This document shows, piece by piece, positions 1-16,305 of a stretch of DNA of 64,000 bases. The notes beneath the pieces are model-generated. The model saw only the letters and a program-made list of their open reading frames with translations, searched no databases and was not told the DNA's origin. Where the stretch lies: contig NC_087447.1 of assembly GCF_036321535.1 (NCBI RefSeq), positions 46,624,001-46,688,000 of the forward strand, given 5' to 3'. This stretch comes from Camelus dromedarius. Taxonomy: Eukaryota. The translations under genes and the position numbers were made by a program. Numbering within the stretch: the first letter of the stretch is position 1; every line of letters begins with the position of its first letter.

Positions 1-1497
1 CCCACTACATATAGGTTCTTTGTGGAATTAGACAGCTTCCCAGCTACTGTTAACTGTATTCTCCTGGTAAGGAATGCAACAGTAAGAGTCTGGTTTCTTT
101 AAAATCCTAGATAAACTTCTTCCAAGTGAAGTGAGGCTGTTGGACTCAAACTGACCTGGATGATTTTTTTAAAAACAAAAACAAAGAATGAGAATTTCTA
201 AAACAGTGAACTTTCTAAATAAGTGAAGTTTATTTCTTCAACTTTACCTAACCCTTTCCAAGAAAAATTTTTTCAACTTCTAACCAAGTGCCTAGTAAAC
301 TATAGTAGAATCAGAACCAGACAAGAAATCCCCTTCAGCTCAGTTTTACAAACTCTACAGTATGTAAAGTATACCACATGCCAAACCTTGTGCTGGGAGC
401 TTGCTGTTCTAACCCTTGAGGAGCTTATGGTATGTCAGGCACATCCATAGATAACTCCAACAACACAGCATGATTGGTAAGATTATAGTTTCTACCACTT
501 TCCAGAGCAGCATTTTGTGGTAGGCGACGAGACTATTGAAACACCTTTGTTAACACAGCTATGGCCAGACCACTGAGGCTAGGGCTCTGCATGCCAGACT
601 GGTGAGGGCCACACTGACAGGTAATGCTGATAAAAACAGCAAGATCCCCAGAGATATGGTTTTAATCCTGCCACTTTTTAGCTATGTCACCAAGGATATA
701 AACTTCTCAGCTACAAATTCTTCACGTTTAAAATGGACATAATAATAAAATCAGCCCTACCTAGTTCCAAAGTTGAGGATAAAATAATAGATTGAAAAGG
801 AATAAAAGATCTGAGCTTAGATGAAAATACAAAGGTCTGTGGGTGAGCAACACATAAAAGTGTTGAGGAAAAGCCCAGAATGTATAACAAGATATATGAG
901 AAGCTTTGAAAGGAAGAGAGAAAATACGATCCATTCAAACAGGCCCTGATTCCAGCTTTTCCAACAAACTTTAACAGAAGTTTTAGGCTGGGCACAATAA
1001 AAACAGAGATAAATAAAGTACAACCCCTCCTCCCTTCTTCCACAAAGAGCAAACCTGTACGATGTGCTATGTGTTACATCAGAAATTTATACAAAGTATC
1101 AAGGGGGTAATAAAGAAAGCTCTGTATTGTTATTACTTACTTCTTGAACTGTGTTGTGGGCACATGGGTATTCAATGTATTATTCTTTGTACTTAGTTGT
1201 ACATCTTAATAGTTCATAAGTTTTTTTTTATCATCAGCAGAGTAAAAAAGAAAGCTCTGTTGGAGACCCAGTTTGGTATCTTCTCTCTCCCAAGAAGTCT
1301 GACAGCCAGAGCTGCTGAGTTTCCTGAAGAATCATTTCCCACAAAGGGAAATATACCACAGAATGCCCATGAAGTCACTCAGCGATATATCTCAAAGCCA
1401 CTCAGAGGAAATGAGGGGCCCCCTGGGGCTCAAATCCAAGACCTGTAGAGACCTAGGAAACCCTTCCTTCAAGCCCTGTTCCCTTTCCTGTCAGAGA

Positions 1498-1805
1498 ACA
1501 GGAGTTCTTAACATGAAGGCCCTATATCCCTAAGGGGCCCATGAGAAGAATTCAGGGGAGCTTGTGAATTTGGCTGGGAAAGAAATGACATCTTTATTTT
1601 CAATATTCTCTTACTGAAAGTTAGCATTTCCTTCAACTATATATTATAATCAACCATAATATTATTAGCACTACCTATGATTTTGTCACCAACAGAAATT
1701 ACAGACATTTTCATGTTACATTACATTGGTGCAGATATCTCCAAATATTATTTACCGTCATAATTACCTCAAAATTATAGTAATTATTAGACCTACCACA
1801 GATCA
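1498..1805. mobile_element. hAT-Charlie DNA transposon fragment (Charlie4-like, subfamily uncertain)
   Basis: Terminus caggagttcttaac and internal ttttgtcaccaacagaaattacagacattttcatg resemble recalled Charlie consensus. Confidence 0.55.
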
Positions 1806-2597
1806 CACGTGACTGTGATCTTCCTGTCTATGGGCCCTCATGCGAGGCAGTTAGCGAACTATGGGGCAACTCTGCTCAGTTACTGTTTAGCCACCAAACA
1901 GTGAGACCTCATGTGCTCACATTGGTGATCCACACCTCTACAATGCCCCCTTTCCTCCAACAATCTCCAAGTCAGACCACTCCCCTCCTAGTTCTCTTAT
2001 TCCTCCACCCAATCCCTACTTCCAGAAAGCCCTCCCCAGCCCTCTTAGCTGAGTTCAGCCCACGCAGAGCTCTTTTAATCCTTAGCCTACACTGTCTACG
2101 CTGCTTGGTTTTATGCTTCATTAAGCCTGTGCATTATGTTGTATTTAATATTCTCTACATATATTTATCCCCACCCCCAAATTAGACTTCTTTGGTAGCC
2201 GTAAATTCCTTCCATAGTACAAAGCAAGCAGTTGAGCACTCATTATGGACTTGTGGATTGAATAACCCATTAAGTCAGGTTTCCTGACTCAAATGTCTTA
2301 GTCTAGTCCTACCAATAACCCACTGTGGAATTTCTATGTGATGCCTCTTTGGACATCCGTTTCCTCATATGTAAAAACAAGTAAGCTGAACTAACTGATG
2401 TTTCCACCTCTTAACTTTTGAATTAGGCAACTACTTTTTATCTCCCCAAGATCTGAGAAAAATTATGAAGGAAACTGAAAAGCCTCCCCCAGCTCTCCCA
2501 AGCAGGGTTAGTCACTTTCTCCCCTGGGCTTCCCACAGCCTTTTGTATGCATATAAAATACCTCTAGTACAGCATTTATCACAAAGTTTTGAAAGAG

Positions 2598-2845
2598 TGT
2601 ATAACCTAGCGGCTGAGGTAGAGGTAGGGTAAAGAGTCAGACTGCCAGGGTTCAAATTCTGGCTCTGTTCGCTACTGTCTGTACAACCTTGTACAAGTTA
2701 TTTGACCTCTCTACAATTTCATTTCCTCACTTATAATATGGGGATAATATCAAGCACACAGGATGGTTGTCAGAATTAAAGGGAATCAAATATTTGGAAT
2801 AGTGCCTGCCACACAGTAAGCACTAAAAAATGTCAGTTGATATTA
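2598..2845 (+). mobile_element. MIR SINE, near full length
   Basis: gggttcaaattctggctctg...catttcctcacttataatatggggataat...gtgcctgccacacagtaagcact. Confidence 0.8.
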
Positions 2846-2939
2846 TTGTTGATGTTACTGATCATATTAATGTCTTACTAGGCACAGGGTTCCTACTTTA
2901 ACTGCCTCTCTGTCCTCCTCCATCACAGCACACTGTTAA

Positions 2940-3125
2940 TGTTTTCTTCCACAGCACTTACCACAAGGTAATATATTTATTTATGTATTTATTTTCTATC
3001 TCCCTACTAGACTGTAAAACTCCACGAGGGCCAAGAACATGTCTGTTTTGTTCATCCCGAAATTCCCAGCACCAAACACAGTGCCTGGCCCAGAGCAGGC
3101 ACTCAAATATTTGCTGAATAAAAAG
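2940..3125 (+). mobile_element. L2 LINE 3' end
   Basis: actgtaaaactccacgagggc...cagtgcctggccc...ctcaaatatttgctgaataaa. Confidence 0.75.
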
Positions 3126-4612
3126 CATATGAGCTGGCACTGTTTGATGTTTGCTGAACAGATTAACCTAGCTAAGGATGACTGTCAAAGCTGAGGCACG
3201 GGTGCAGATGATGTCCTAGCTGCTCCAGGATAAGTGTGACCCTGTGCCCATCCCCCAATATTAGCCTCAGCCAAGCCCCACCCACCTGCCCTTGGCCCCA
3301 ATCCAGTTCCAGGAGCCACCCTCAGCTAAAATTAGCATAGCCACCAAGATGGCCAGGCCATTTATAGCCTTGGAGGTGGCAGCAACTAGCTGGGTGGGCA
3401 GGCAGGGCTCTAGCCTCCCACTCCATTAGGGGTTGATTGAGAAGCCAGCCAGCACTGGATGCCTGTCCTCCAAAGTCCTGTTCTAGCTATATTGAGTCAA
3501 ACCACAGTTCCTGATTAGAGGCCCTCAGTACCTCCAACACTGGCAGTCACAACTCCAGACTCACCTGGGACTCCTCACATACATATTGCAGGAAACATTT
3601 TGAGTTTCTGGAGACAATGAGTCCTGAGTCTAAGGGAGGTTCCAGGTATCAATTCCAGGCCAATTTCAGAAGTGCAGGCCCCAGAGTAGCACAGTCAAGC
3701 ACACATCTTTACTGAGAAAGTAACTTAGCACAGCTGTGTATACAGGCATCAAAGAGCCAGAAGGTGACAGGAATGGCCTCTCCACAGCCCAGTGAGAGGG
3801 CCTCCTAGCATAGCACCTACCTTCACTGGAGGGGCAGACCTTTAAGATAGGCATATATATCCAACAAGAGAGAAAAATGCAATATTCTGGCCCATGCAGC
3901 AGACTCTCTAGAGGAGGAAATGACAGTCCTTTCCCTGGATCTCTGCTACAGTGTCACCAGGGCCTGCCTAACTAGCGCACCAGGAGGAAAGTGACATTCT
4001 CTTGGCCTTACCTACTGCTCCTTTAACAGTGCAGGACTGGAGAAGATGGAATGAGTCTAGGACTTAATCAGAAAACTGAGCACAGGACCCAGTTTCTTCA
4101 ATAAAAATGGGGATAATACCACTATCCTATTCCAATAGAGCTATTGTAAGACTTCTGTAGGAAAAACAGTTGTGTGATTGTAAAATACAAACTTTAGAGA
4201 ACATACAAATTGACTAGATATATTGAATCTGATTTAGAAAAGTGGCAGCTTTAAGGGTAAGTAAAGCTCCTGTGTTCTGAGGAAGGACTAGAAAGGCTAA
4301 AGATTTCCTGGCCACATAGGAAGTGCCTCACCAAATCCTTTAGCAGAGCCCAGTCCATGAGTTCAGTTCACCTCTCTGCAAAATAGAGTTCCTATCTGAG
4401 ACAGAGACAAAGTCCCAGACAGGCCCAAGGGGATAGCCTACCAGAACAACAGTGCTAGGGCCTCCAGATTACCACAAACCATAGCCATTCCCAGCACACA
4501 GGGGCTCTGAGACTTCCCTCCCTGGGATTCAATGTTATTGTGATGACAGAAACTGATTTCTGAACTGACAGGAGAAAAAAAACAAAAGAGAAATTTAAGT
4601 AATATAATCAAC

Positions 4613-5079
4613 TACTACTCAGCCATAAAAACCGACGACAAAACGCCATTTGCAGCAACATGGATGCTCCTGGAGAATGTCATTCTAAGTGAAGTAAGCC
4701 AGAAAGAGAAAGAAAAATACCATATGAGATCGCTCATATGTGGAATCTAAAAAACAAAAACAAAAACAAACAAACAAACAAACAAAAACAAAGCGTAAAT
4801 ACAGGACAGAAATAGACTCATAGACAGAGAATATAGACTTGTGGTTGCCGGAGGGTGGAGGGTGGGAAGGGATAGACTGGGATTTCAAAATTGTAGAACA
4901 GATAAACAAGATTATACTGTATAGCACAGGGAAATATACACAAAATGTTATGATAACTCACAGAGAAAAAATGTGACAATGAGTGTGTCTATGTCCATGA
5001 ATGACTGAAAAATTGTGCTGAACACTGGAATTTGACAAAACATTGTAAAATGATTATAAATCAATAAAAAATGTTAAAA
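4613..5079 (+). mobile_element. 5'-truncated young L1 3' end (camelid-type) with 12-bp TSD
   Basis: agccataaaa...gcagcaacatggat...ctaagtgaagtaagccagaaagagaaag; (AAAC)n; A-rich tail; TSD aatataatcaac at 4601-4612 and 5080-5091. Confidence 0.88.
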
Positions 5080-6668
5080 AATATAATCAACACAGCCAGG
5101 CCTCTAAAGTATATTGTGTGGAGGACTGTCCCCATAAGTTCAAGTCAGAGAGTGGTTCCAAGGGATGCTGGGATGCCTCTTACCTATGGCAGGCGTGCAC
5201 ACACACATACAAACACAAATCTTCCTGATAGCTTATGAGTAAATTCAAAATTTCATCCCTTTTAGTATGTGTCTAAAATATAGACCTCTTCCCCCCACCA
5301 AAAAAAATTCCCTTTATGTCAGGCACGCATATTTTAGAGTGAAAAACAGACAGATTATCAATTACAAACAAGGATGTCCCTATGACATCAAAGATGCTCT
5401 TTAAGTCTTCTTCACAGTTTGACCTACATCTGCCTGCTAGTCTTCCCCTTCACAGCCCAATGAGAACCAAGCTTTGAATTAGGTTTCAGGGGCCAACGAG
5501 ACACTGTATGGAGAAACAGGATTGATACGCAAGAAGGACCTATCTTCAAAGCAACAGCCTAGGTGCCATGCTTGTACATAGGCAACCTTGGCCTCACTTA
5601 GAAGCCAGTCCTTGGGGTACCTGCAATCACAAGCAGCCCAGTCTAGGAATTTAAAAGGGGGTTTCCTGAGAAAGGGTCTACCACCAAAGCCAGCCTCTGG
5701 ATCCATTAAGAAACTTCCTGGCCACCATGACCTACGTTTCCTTTTCCTCCTTTAATCAAAGGGTATTCACTGAGCTGCCCCCTCACTTGAGCTTGCCCCT
5801 CCACCCAGAAAGAACCCAGCTATAAACTCTCCTCACTCTGCAGCTCACTGCTTTGGGCAGATCACAGTGACAGGGTGAGAAAAATGGAGATAAAAAAACT
5901 GAATTCCTTCCAAGCCTTGTGTAAAACAACTGAATTTTTACAGTGCTCTTCTCTTCTGCAGCAGAACACGAGGGTTCTTGCTTTTTGACAAGGCTCCATG
6001 AGTGCATAGAAGAAGCCAGGACAGATCAAAAATATCATAGAATCCGTATTCTCATCAGTCAGAAGAAACAGAATGTCAACAAGTGGTCCAGGAATGATAC
6101 CATGCCCATGTCAAGAAAAGGCCGTTTAACTCCCTGGTGGTAAATAGGATTCCATCTAAGGAATGGCCTTGATATTTCATATGGGCACAGCTAGGACACA
6201 GCAGATTACGGAAGGGAAAGGAGGGAATAGGGTTCCCACGCTTACTGGAATAGAAAGGCACACCTCAACACTAAGTTATAGAGCAACAGAGTTGGCCCAG
6301 CCCTTACTTTCCCTGCCTGATCCAAGTAGCCTTAACCTCCCTCTGTGCTGCCAAGTGCTGAAACTGGCCAATAGCAAAAGACTTATCATCTGCCCAGGCC
6401 ATTCTTCCAGACAAGTAGTCTTGGGAAGGGGTCTTGGCTTGCTGACCTGAAAGGCCAAGATGCCCCAAAGGCAGACCTCTTTTCACTGCCTACAAAAGAC
6501 ATCCTAAGGAGGGATGAGGAAAGTTGTTCAAGAAAGACAGAGACATTAGCCACGGCTCCAGAAGAGAAAGAACTCCTTGGACTACTAGGAACCGGCAGTG
6601 CCATGTGAGTCCTCCATTAATCACACATGTAGAAACCTAGGGTTCAACTTGCCCACTTGGGCAACTCA

Positions 6669-7430
<762 letters not shown>

Positions 7431-8080
7431 GCCAGGCCCGGGACAGAGGCTCCCGGGCAGGCGGGCGGGCGGCGCGGGGCGGGCCCGGGGCGGGCGGGGG
7501 CGTGCTCTCCCGCAGGCCCGCCCCGAGCCGCCCGGCCCCCGGCGAAGCCCGGGCCCGCCCCAGCGCCGGGCTTATCCCGGAATAACCTGTTGGAGGCAGC
7601 CGCCCGGCGCCCCCAGACCTTGGCGGGCTCTCTCGGCCGCTAGCTCACGCTAGACCGGCAGGACCCCTCTTCCCGGCCAAAGGTCGGGTCCCGGTCTCCC
7701 CTTCCCCCACGAGAGTCTCTCCCGCGCTAACCGCCCGCGAACCCGCGGGCGGGCCCTTGACACGCAGTTGCTCAGGTAACCCAGGCCTGCGGCGGTAGCC
7801 GCGACGGTGACAGTTGCTGCCCTGCCCTGATCTCCGGGCTTTGGTGCTGCTCCACTCTCCTCAGCTCTAGAACCGGGCTGGACAGAGGCCGTCGGCACCA
7901 CGATTGCCTCCCGGGGCTGTCTGAGGCGATAACGGCCGGGCCGGTCTCGGCCGGGGGCGCGTTCCCTGCCCCCCACTTAGGGCCACCATCCCAGGCTCCG
8001 CCCTCCCGCCGCGCCTCGCAGCCAATCGGCTTCCGCCTCTCTGCAGCTTAGGAACCCGCGCGCTTCGTCACCCATGTGCA

Positions 8081-8094
8081 GCGGCCCCTGGCGG
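8081..8094 (-). promoter_or_regulatory. Candidate CTCF site
   Basis: Minus strand CCGCCAGGGGCCGC, one mismatch from the core CCGCCAGGGGGCGC. Confidence 0.45.
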
Positions 8095-9239
8095 GCAAAT
8101 TTGGGTGCTGCAGACAGCTCCGGAGCGCCTTGGGAGGCCCTGCCCCTTTACAGAAGGTTGGGGAGTGAAGCTAGGACCCGCCCCGGGGGAGGCCCACTAG
8201 GGCCTGCTAGTGTTCACAGAGGAAGTGATGCCAGATAACAAAATGAAACGTCCAAACCACTATAGGTCAAATTGCCCTATACATCCCTCAAGTCTAGGCT
8301 AAAGGGCCCTATCTGCCTTCCTGACCTCCCTCTCCCTAAGCGAAGTTGGACGCCCTTCCTTAACTCTCACAGTCCGTTTTCCAACCGGCCCCTCAGATCC
8401 CCTCCCTTCTGAGGTTTCTGCGGGTAGGGCCTGTGGCTGGTTCCTCCCTACATCTCACTCTCCCAGCTCTCTGTGTGGCTTGGGGGTGTTAGCGACTTGA
8501 GAATGAGTGCCCCCATGCAGACTGAGCCGCACCTGCGCCTCCTTCAACAGAGCCTGCACTTCCTGTTCTCTTCTCAAGCAAACTGCCAGCAAATCTTTAC
8601 TGAAACCTGCTCTGTGCCCTACCCTGTCCTTGGCACCGGAGGCAGGGGAATGGATTAGGCCTGGTCCCTCCTCCGACTGTGCTAAGCCAGCTACCTGTTC
8701 TGAACAAGCCTTCTGAAGAACAGGAACACGGATTTGCCCAACAGCTGCCTGGCTTAAGGGTTATGCTGTTGATATAAAAATACACATCTGACGTCATTAC
8801 TACCACTGTCCCCACTCTCATTAAACCCAAGTCACACTGGTCTTCTTTAAGTTCCTCAAGCACATGGAACTACAGCCACCTCTCCTCCCTTGTATCTGCC
8901 ATTGCTTCTACCTGAAACAGTCTCCTCTCCCCACCTCTCCTCCCACCAACTCCTCATGTAGCTAGCCTCTCATTCTTCCAGATACAGTTCAAGATCTCCT
9001 CAGAAACTCCTATTCTGCCTGCCACCTCTGGTCCAGAATTGGACCATACATATATCTGCCTTCCCCCACCGCATAAGACTGTAAGTTTTCAGAGGTCAGG
9101 GGCCATGCCTTATTCATCTCTGGGAAACAACCATCCAGCCATAGGCTTTGTACATACTAAGTGCTCGGTAAAAAAGCTGTTTGACATGAGTTAATTCATT
9201 TGATCACTCAAATATTTGTTGGGTAATAATTGTATGCTG

Positions 9240-10454
<1,215 letters not shown>

Positions 10455-11079
10455 GTATGCTGAGAAATTGGCCCTAACAGAAGTTGAGCTCCTGAACTAG
10501 GTTCTACTAGACGTATGTTCTGAGCTAGGCGTCTTAAACTCAAATGGCAAAGTGGGAAAATATCTAATATTATTGAGAGAAGTAAGTGGGAGTACTCGGG
10601 AGTGGTGAGGACTGTGGCACACTGGTGATCAGGCAGGAAGTTGGACTCAGTATTACTGGATCATGTTTAGGAGAAGATGGAAATCTGGACTTTTAAATGA
10701 CAGTCCTTTTTTTAGTACTAGCACTAATTTTTAGAGGTATAATTACTATATAGGCCACATAAAGCACATCTGCAGCCAAAACTGATCACTCAGATGACTA
10801 GTTTACCTTTTCTACCTAAGCCAACCCACCTGCCTGTACACTCATTCGTCTAAAAGGAAAAAGGAAAGTAAATCATGCTTAATACAACCACCTTGAAACT
10901 CAAGTGCATCATTTCCCTTAGCCACCACGTGATTTCTTTGGAGCTATGAGTGCAAAACCCACTTGGTACAAAGAGCCTGAGTCTTGGAGGCAGGAAGCAC
11001 AGATCTGTTACTAATTCACACCAAGACCTTGAACTTCTCTGAGCCTGCTCCATTTCCTGTGAGATTAAAATTGTGTCTG

Positions 11080-11634
11080 ACAGCTAAAAATAGAATTACC
11101 ATATGCTGCAACAATTCCACTTCTAGGCATATGCTCCCCAAAANNNNNNNNNNNNNNNNNNNNNNNNNNNNNNNNNNNNNNNNNNNNNNNNNNNNNNNNN
11201 NNNNNNNNNNNNNNNNNNNNNNNNNNNNNNNNNNNNNNNNNNNNNNNNNNNNNNNNNNNNNNNNNNNNNNNNNNNNNNNGATATATGCNNNNNNNNNNNN
11301 NNNNNNNNNNNNNNNNNNNNNNNNNNNNNNNNNNNNNNNNNNNNNNNNNNNNNNNNNNNNNNNNNNNNNNNNNNNNNNNNNNNNNNNNNNNNNNNNNNNN
11401 NNNNNNNNNNNNNNNNNNNNNNNNNNNNNNNNNNNNNNNNNNNNNNNNNNNNNNNNNTGTGGTCACCAAGCGCTAAGGGAAGGGAAGGATAGAGGGTTGT
11501 TGTATAATGGATATAGTTTCCATTTTGCAAAATGAAGAGTTCTGGAGATTGGTTGCAAAACAATGTAAATGTACCTAATAGTTTTAAAAATGTAAATTTT
11601 ATATTATGTGTATTTCACCACAATTAAAAATAAT
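11080..11634 (+). mobile_element. Older L1M 3'-end fragment, partly N-masked
   Basis: aatagaattaccatatg...caattccacttctagg; terminal ttatgtgtatttcaccacaattaaaaa; degenerate TSD aaattgtgtctg (11068-11079) vs aaatggtgtctg (11635-11646). Confidence 0.8.
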
Positions 11635-14600
11635 AAATGGTGTCTGGGAGCCGAAGTCATAGCACAAACAATAGGAGAAACATTCTGGTCACTTCTCTGC
11701 CTCCAACATCATGATGTGACATCAGAAAAGCCAGTTCTCATCTGGATCTCAGTTTCCCCAACTGTAGGCTAGGTAGGTACAATAATATTGATCCAGTTCA
11801 GCTTTAATATTCTACAAAAGGGGGAAATCCTGAGACCTCATGGATCTTCCTGGATAAGAAGTTGTGACTCTCACCTCAAAAGACCCTAGGTTGGGTCCTC
11901 ATGTAAATGCAGCTTCTGTAAGAACCCTCGCCACATTGCAAGTCTCAGGAGGAAACAGAGAGCTTGCTGTTTGTTTGGGCTTTGTTTTGTTTTGTTTTTT
12001 TATCTCTATGTCTTTTTCAAACCTATACACCAAGCCTTTACCATGTGCCAGGAATATCTCCCTTTTAGGGCCTTACTCCTAATAGATATTCTGCAGATGT
12101 TGGTTAAATCAAACTGGATTAACAATTCTTATGCCTCTATTCCACTGTTTGCAAGAGCTTTCACATCTGTTATCTCATCTGTCCCTCGCAAGAGCTCTGC
12201 TAGGTAAGTCAGAGACTATACTCATTTTACAGATGAGGAAACTGAGCCTGAGGAGATGAAGTGGCAACCACATCTCCTTTGGGATTTCCTCCCTATCCTC
12301 CAAGTCTCAGTTCAAGGGAAATAAATCGGCCATGCCTTGACCAGTGATGACAGAATAGCATGAATGAAAAGTTACAATTAGCCAAAAACAACAACAACGA
12401 CAAAAAAAATAGATCCAGCTCAAAAGTACCCCCCTTCCTTTCTTTGGCACCTACTCTGACTTGTTCTGTCTCTCCAGTCTTCTGCTATACCTTAGAATAC
12501 TTAAATAACTGGATTATGATTGTCTTCCCCATTAGCCTCTGAGCTCATCAAGGACTTCATTTTATTCATATTTGTATTCTCCCAGACTAGGACTTTATCC
12601 AATACAGAGCTGGTCCTCAGTAAAAGTGAATGAATGAATGATGTGTGTTCTGTACAGCAGTCTAGCTGTCCTTCCTCTACACCACAGGGTTTCTTATTAC
12701 CAATAGCCTTCATTTGGAAAGTGAAAGAATCTTCAATAGAAGTGTACTAGACTCTGAAATCTGTTCAGAAAAATTTAGGAATCTGTGAGTTTAGGCTATG
12801 TTATCAGTGGTGCTCCCTGGTGTCCAAAAATGGCAAGTACAGCTATCCCTAAGAGGCTGCCCAGAGTCTGGCTGTGGAGGGAATGAGAGAAATCTTGGCT
12901 TCTAACAACTCTTCCCAGGCTAATTTCACAGTCATCTCGCCTTCCAGAATCAGTTCTAGACTCTTACTGCCAATGTTTACTCACTCATTCAACTCAATAC
13001 TGAGCTCCTGTTTGTAACAATCCAGTTCCTATCCTCAAAGAGCTCAGTTTTTAGGGGAAATATATAGATGAAGAGTAATTAGTAGCTGTTGATAATGTCT
13101 TGAGAGGAATTGCTACAGGGGCAGATGAGGGAACTCAGAGGAGGGACCAGTAACTACCCAAAGCAGAGAGGCTGTGCACACGGATGTAGGGCCAGTGGGG
13201 GTTCTGGAATTAGGCTGCCTAGATTCACACCTTGGCACTGCTGTGTGACTCTGGGCGAGCTGAGCTGCTCCTGGAATGCACTAGGGCTGAGAAAGGAGGA
13301 ATTTCCCAGAGGGGACTATGCCAGATGACCTGGGTACCACCCAGTTTGGAGAACATCGAAGAAGCAAAGGCGTCCTAGAGGCAAACAGGACAACTATTGT
13401 TCTGCCTGTCTGGGAGGAGGGACCCTCCTGAAGTATTGGACATGTGCTTGGTCCCCCCTCCCCCCATCCAGTTATTTCCTCAGGGGGAATCAGAAACAAT
13501 GGATCCGAGGATGCGACTCTAGAACTTTGTTTCATTTGTCACTTCCCCTTTTCATTCTTCTGCTATCTCTGTATTGCCCATGGTCTTCCCATGTCATGAA
13601 ATGAGACACTGGGCTTGTCTTTGTGGGTAGCAAAATAAGGGGAGTAATGAGGGTGAGACTCCTACTTCTACTCAGGAAGGGTGAGAGAGAGAAGACAAGG
13701 GAATCAAGAGGAGACCCAAAAGGCTGAGTCCCATCAGAGACAAAGAAGAACTCAGATTTAGGGTCAGCCTGAAGAGCCTGGGACTGGGACTAAGCAGAAG
13801 ACCCTGAGGGCCACTAATGAGCTATAGGAGCTAGAGCTCAGTGACAACTAGGCTGGAAAGACCCATTTGGAAAACACCAACCAGGGCAGGGGTGAGATAA
13901 TTCAGGGCCTTTCTCTTGTTCTCTATTTCCATTCGGCTCTTTTAGGGGAACTGAGTCAGCTTTAGCATTTTGACCTTGAGAAAGAAGAAAGAACTGTCAG
14001 GGGGAAAACTTGAAAACAACATAGGCATATGGAGAAATTAAGTAATGTTTATTTGTTGTACTCTTAGCAATCGGCTAGACACTCCGCTTGCTTATCTCAT
14101 TTAATCTTCATAATCCCACAAAGAGCACAGTATTGTTATTCCAGTTTTAAAAAGAAACTAAATGGCTCTGTTACATGCTCCTATACTGTACTTTTGTATG
14201 ATTACCTGTTTAAACACTAGCTCCCTTCTAGTTACATCAGGATAGGGGCTTGTCTATGATTTTACCACTACATCATTGGCATGCGACACAATACCTGGCC
14301 CAGAGGTTTTCAACTAGCATATGTTCAAGGAATGAATAAGAAAGGTCATGTGACTTGTCAAAGGCCACAATGTAAGTAGTACAACCAGGATGTGAATCCT
14401 GGACTGTCTGGTTCCAGAACCTGTCTGTGATCTTTCTGTTCTACCCTCACCAAGTGCTTTCACATGTTGTCTCACTTCTAAATACCCCAGTGTCCTTGTC
14501 TCTCAGGTGCTTGTGAGCACAAATGTACCCTACCTACCAAGAACTAACCTATTCAGGGAAAACAAGTGAGAGAATAGGAAGAAGAAATAGCCCACCTGGG

Positions 14601-15939
14601 GTAAGGCCCTCTTCTGACCCTCTTCAGCTCAGCATCTGCCTCCTCCAAGAAGCCTTTGCAGATAGCCCCACCTGCCTAACCTATCTCCCTCTCCTCTGGC
14701 CTTATTAGCCTTTCCTATATCTGTGCCATAAAAGTGGCTCCAAGTCACCTGGCTTCTGATAGTTCTACACATATTAGTGCTCTATTAAGGCAATTTGATT
14801 TCACAGACATATATTGAAAGCAAATGTGTGCTCTGGCCTGCCTGTGCCAGGCCCAGTGGGTGGACAAAGATGAATCAGACACAGCCTTAAAGGACTTACA
14901 CTTAGTGGAGTAGACAGACATTAGGTACAGATACAATTAACTGGAGCACAAAGCAAGATGACCTAATGGTATTAAAGAACTATGAGCAATATGCTACATT
15001 CATAGACCTTAATTACTTAATTATTATTCTGAAGAGTATATCATAGGTCAGAACTCAAAGGTATCATCTGGTTCAACCCCTTGTTTTCCAGTGGAGGAGT
15101 CTGAGACCCAGAGAAGGGAGAGGCCTGGTGTAAAGTCTCTTTAGCCAGTCTGGCTGAGCCAAGACTAGACTTCAGGTCTTCTGAAGCCCAGCCCAGGTCC
15201 CTTTCCTCCTCCTCCAGTAGCTTCAAATGTAGTAGTCCCATATCCCATCAGACTATGACATCCTCAAGACCAGGTCAGGTTCTCTCAACTAAGCAAGCTT
15301 AACCAGGGCCAGGCATGCCCAAGACCAAGGGTTCAGGAAATGCAGTCTGACCCTAGGCTGCCAATACAGCCTTTTGGTCTACTGTACCTACTTTTACCAC
15401 TATGCTTCCAAAATTGATTTTTACATATTTTTGCAGAAAGCTTAAAAAAACAACAAAAAAGAACCCTTTATCCATAACACTAGTATTTAAATCAGACCAA
15501 AGCAAACTAACTCTGGTTGAAAGGAAGAGAGGCCAGAGCCCCATTATTTTCCTGCTCTCAGGTCCTGGGAAGGGAACTCTAGGAACACAGTTCAAAAACC
15601 TTGATTCTGGGGCACAATTTTTAATGGCTTCATAGAAGCCATTTTAGTATATCCTCTACTGAACTCTGTCTTTAATGGAACCTCACAATCCTTTCTTCAA
15701 TATCAAATGCTAAGCACTAGCCTTGTGTTTCCATTAGATTATGGAGGGGAATCAGATTTTCCTCTTGCCTTTCCTGGTTTCCTTTCCTTCCAAGTGCTAT
15801 GGGGAGGGAGGAGAGAGATCCAAACTCTGCTTGGAGGATCAGGGAACCTTGCAAAGAAGTATCATGGAGAATGAATTCATGAATTCATCTACTCAGTCTT
15901 TTACCTGCCTGAACCTGGTAGAGGCTTTAACATCTGCAT

Positions 15940-16248
15940 TCCATACCATACTCACTAGCTACAGGTACCATTGAGCACTTGAAATGTGTCTATCCAAAAT
16001 TCATATGTACTCTAAATGTAAAAAGTACACTATATTTCAAAGATTCAGTGACAAAAAAGAATGTAAAACATCCTATTCAATAATGTTTATATTGTATGTT
16101 GAACGATAGTATTTTGGATATGTTGGGCTAAGTAAAATATATTATTAAAATTAACTTTACCTGTTTCTTTTTACTTTTTAAAAAATGTCATCACTGGAAA
16201 ATTTTAAATTAAATATGTGGCTCATTGTATTTCCATTGGACAGCACTG
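15940..16248 (-). mobile_element. MER33-like hAT-Charlie MITE
   Basis: ttgagcacttgaaatgtg...ttttggatatgttggg...ttccattggacagcactg. Confidence 0.75.
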
Positions 16249-16281
16249 GAAGAGACTATCAACTGCATGGCAGAGGTAGGG

Positions 16282-16305
16282 GTGTGTGTGTGTGTGTGTG
16301 TGTGT
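16282..16305. repeat. (GT)n microsatellite
   Basis: Direct reading, about 12 units. Confidence 0.9.
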
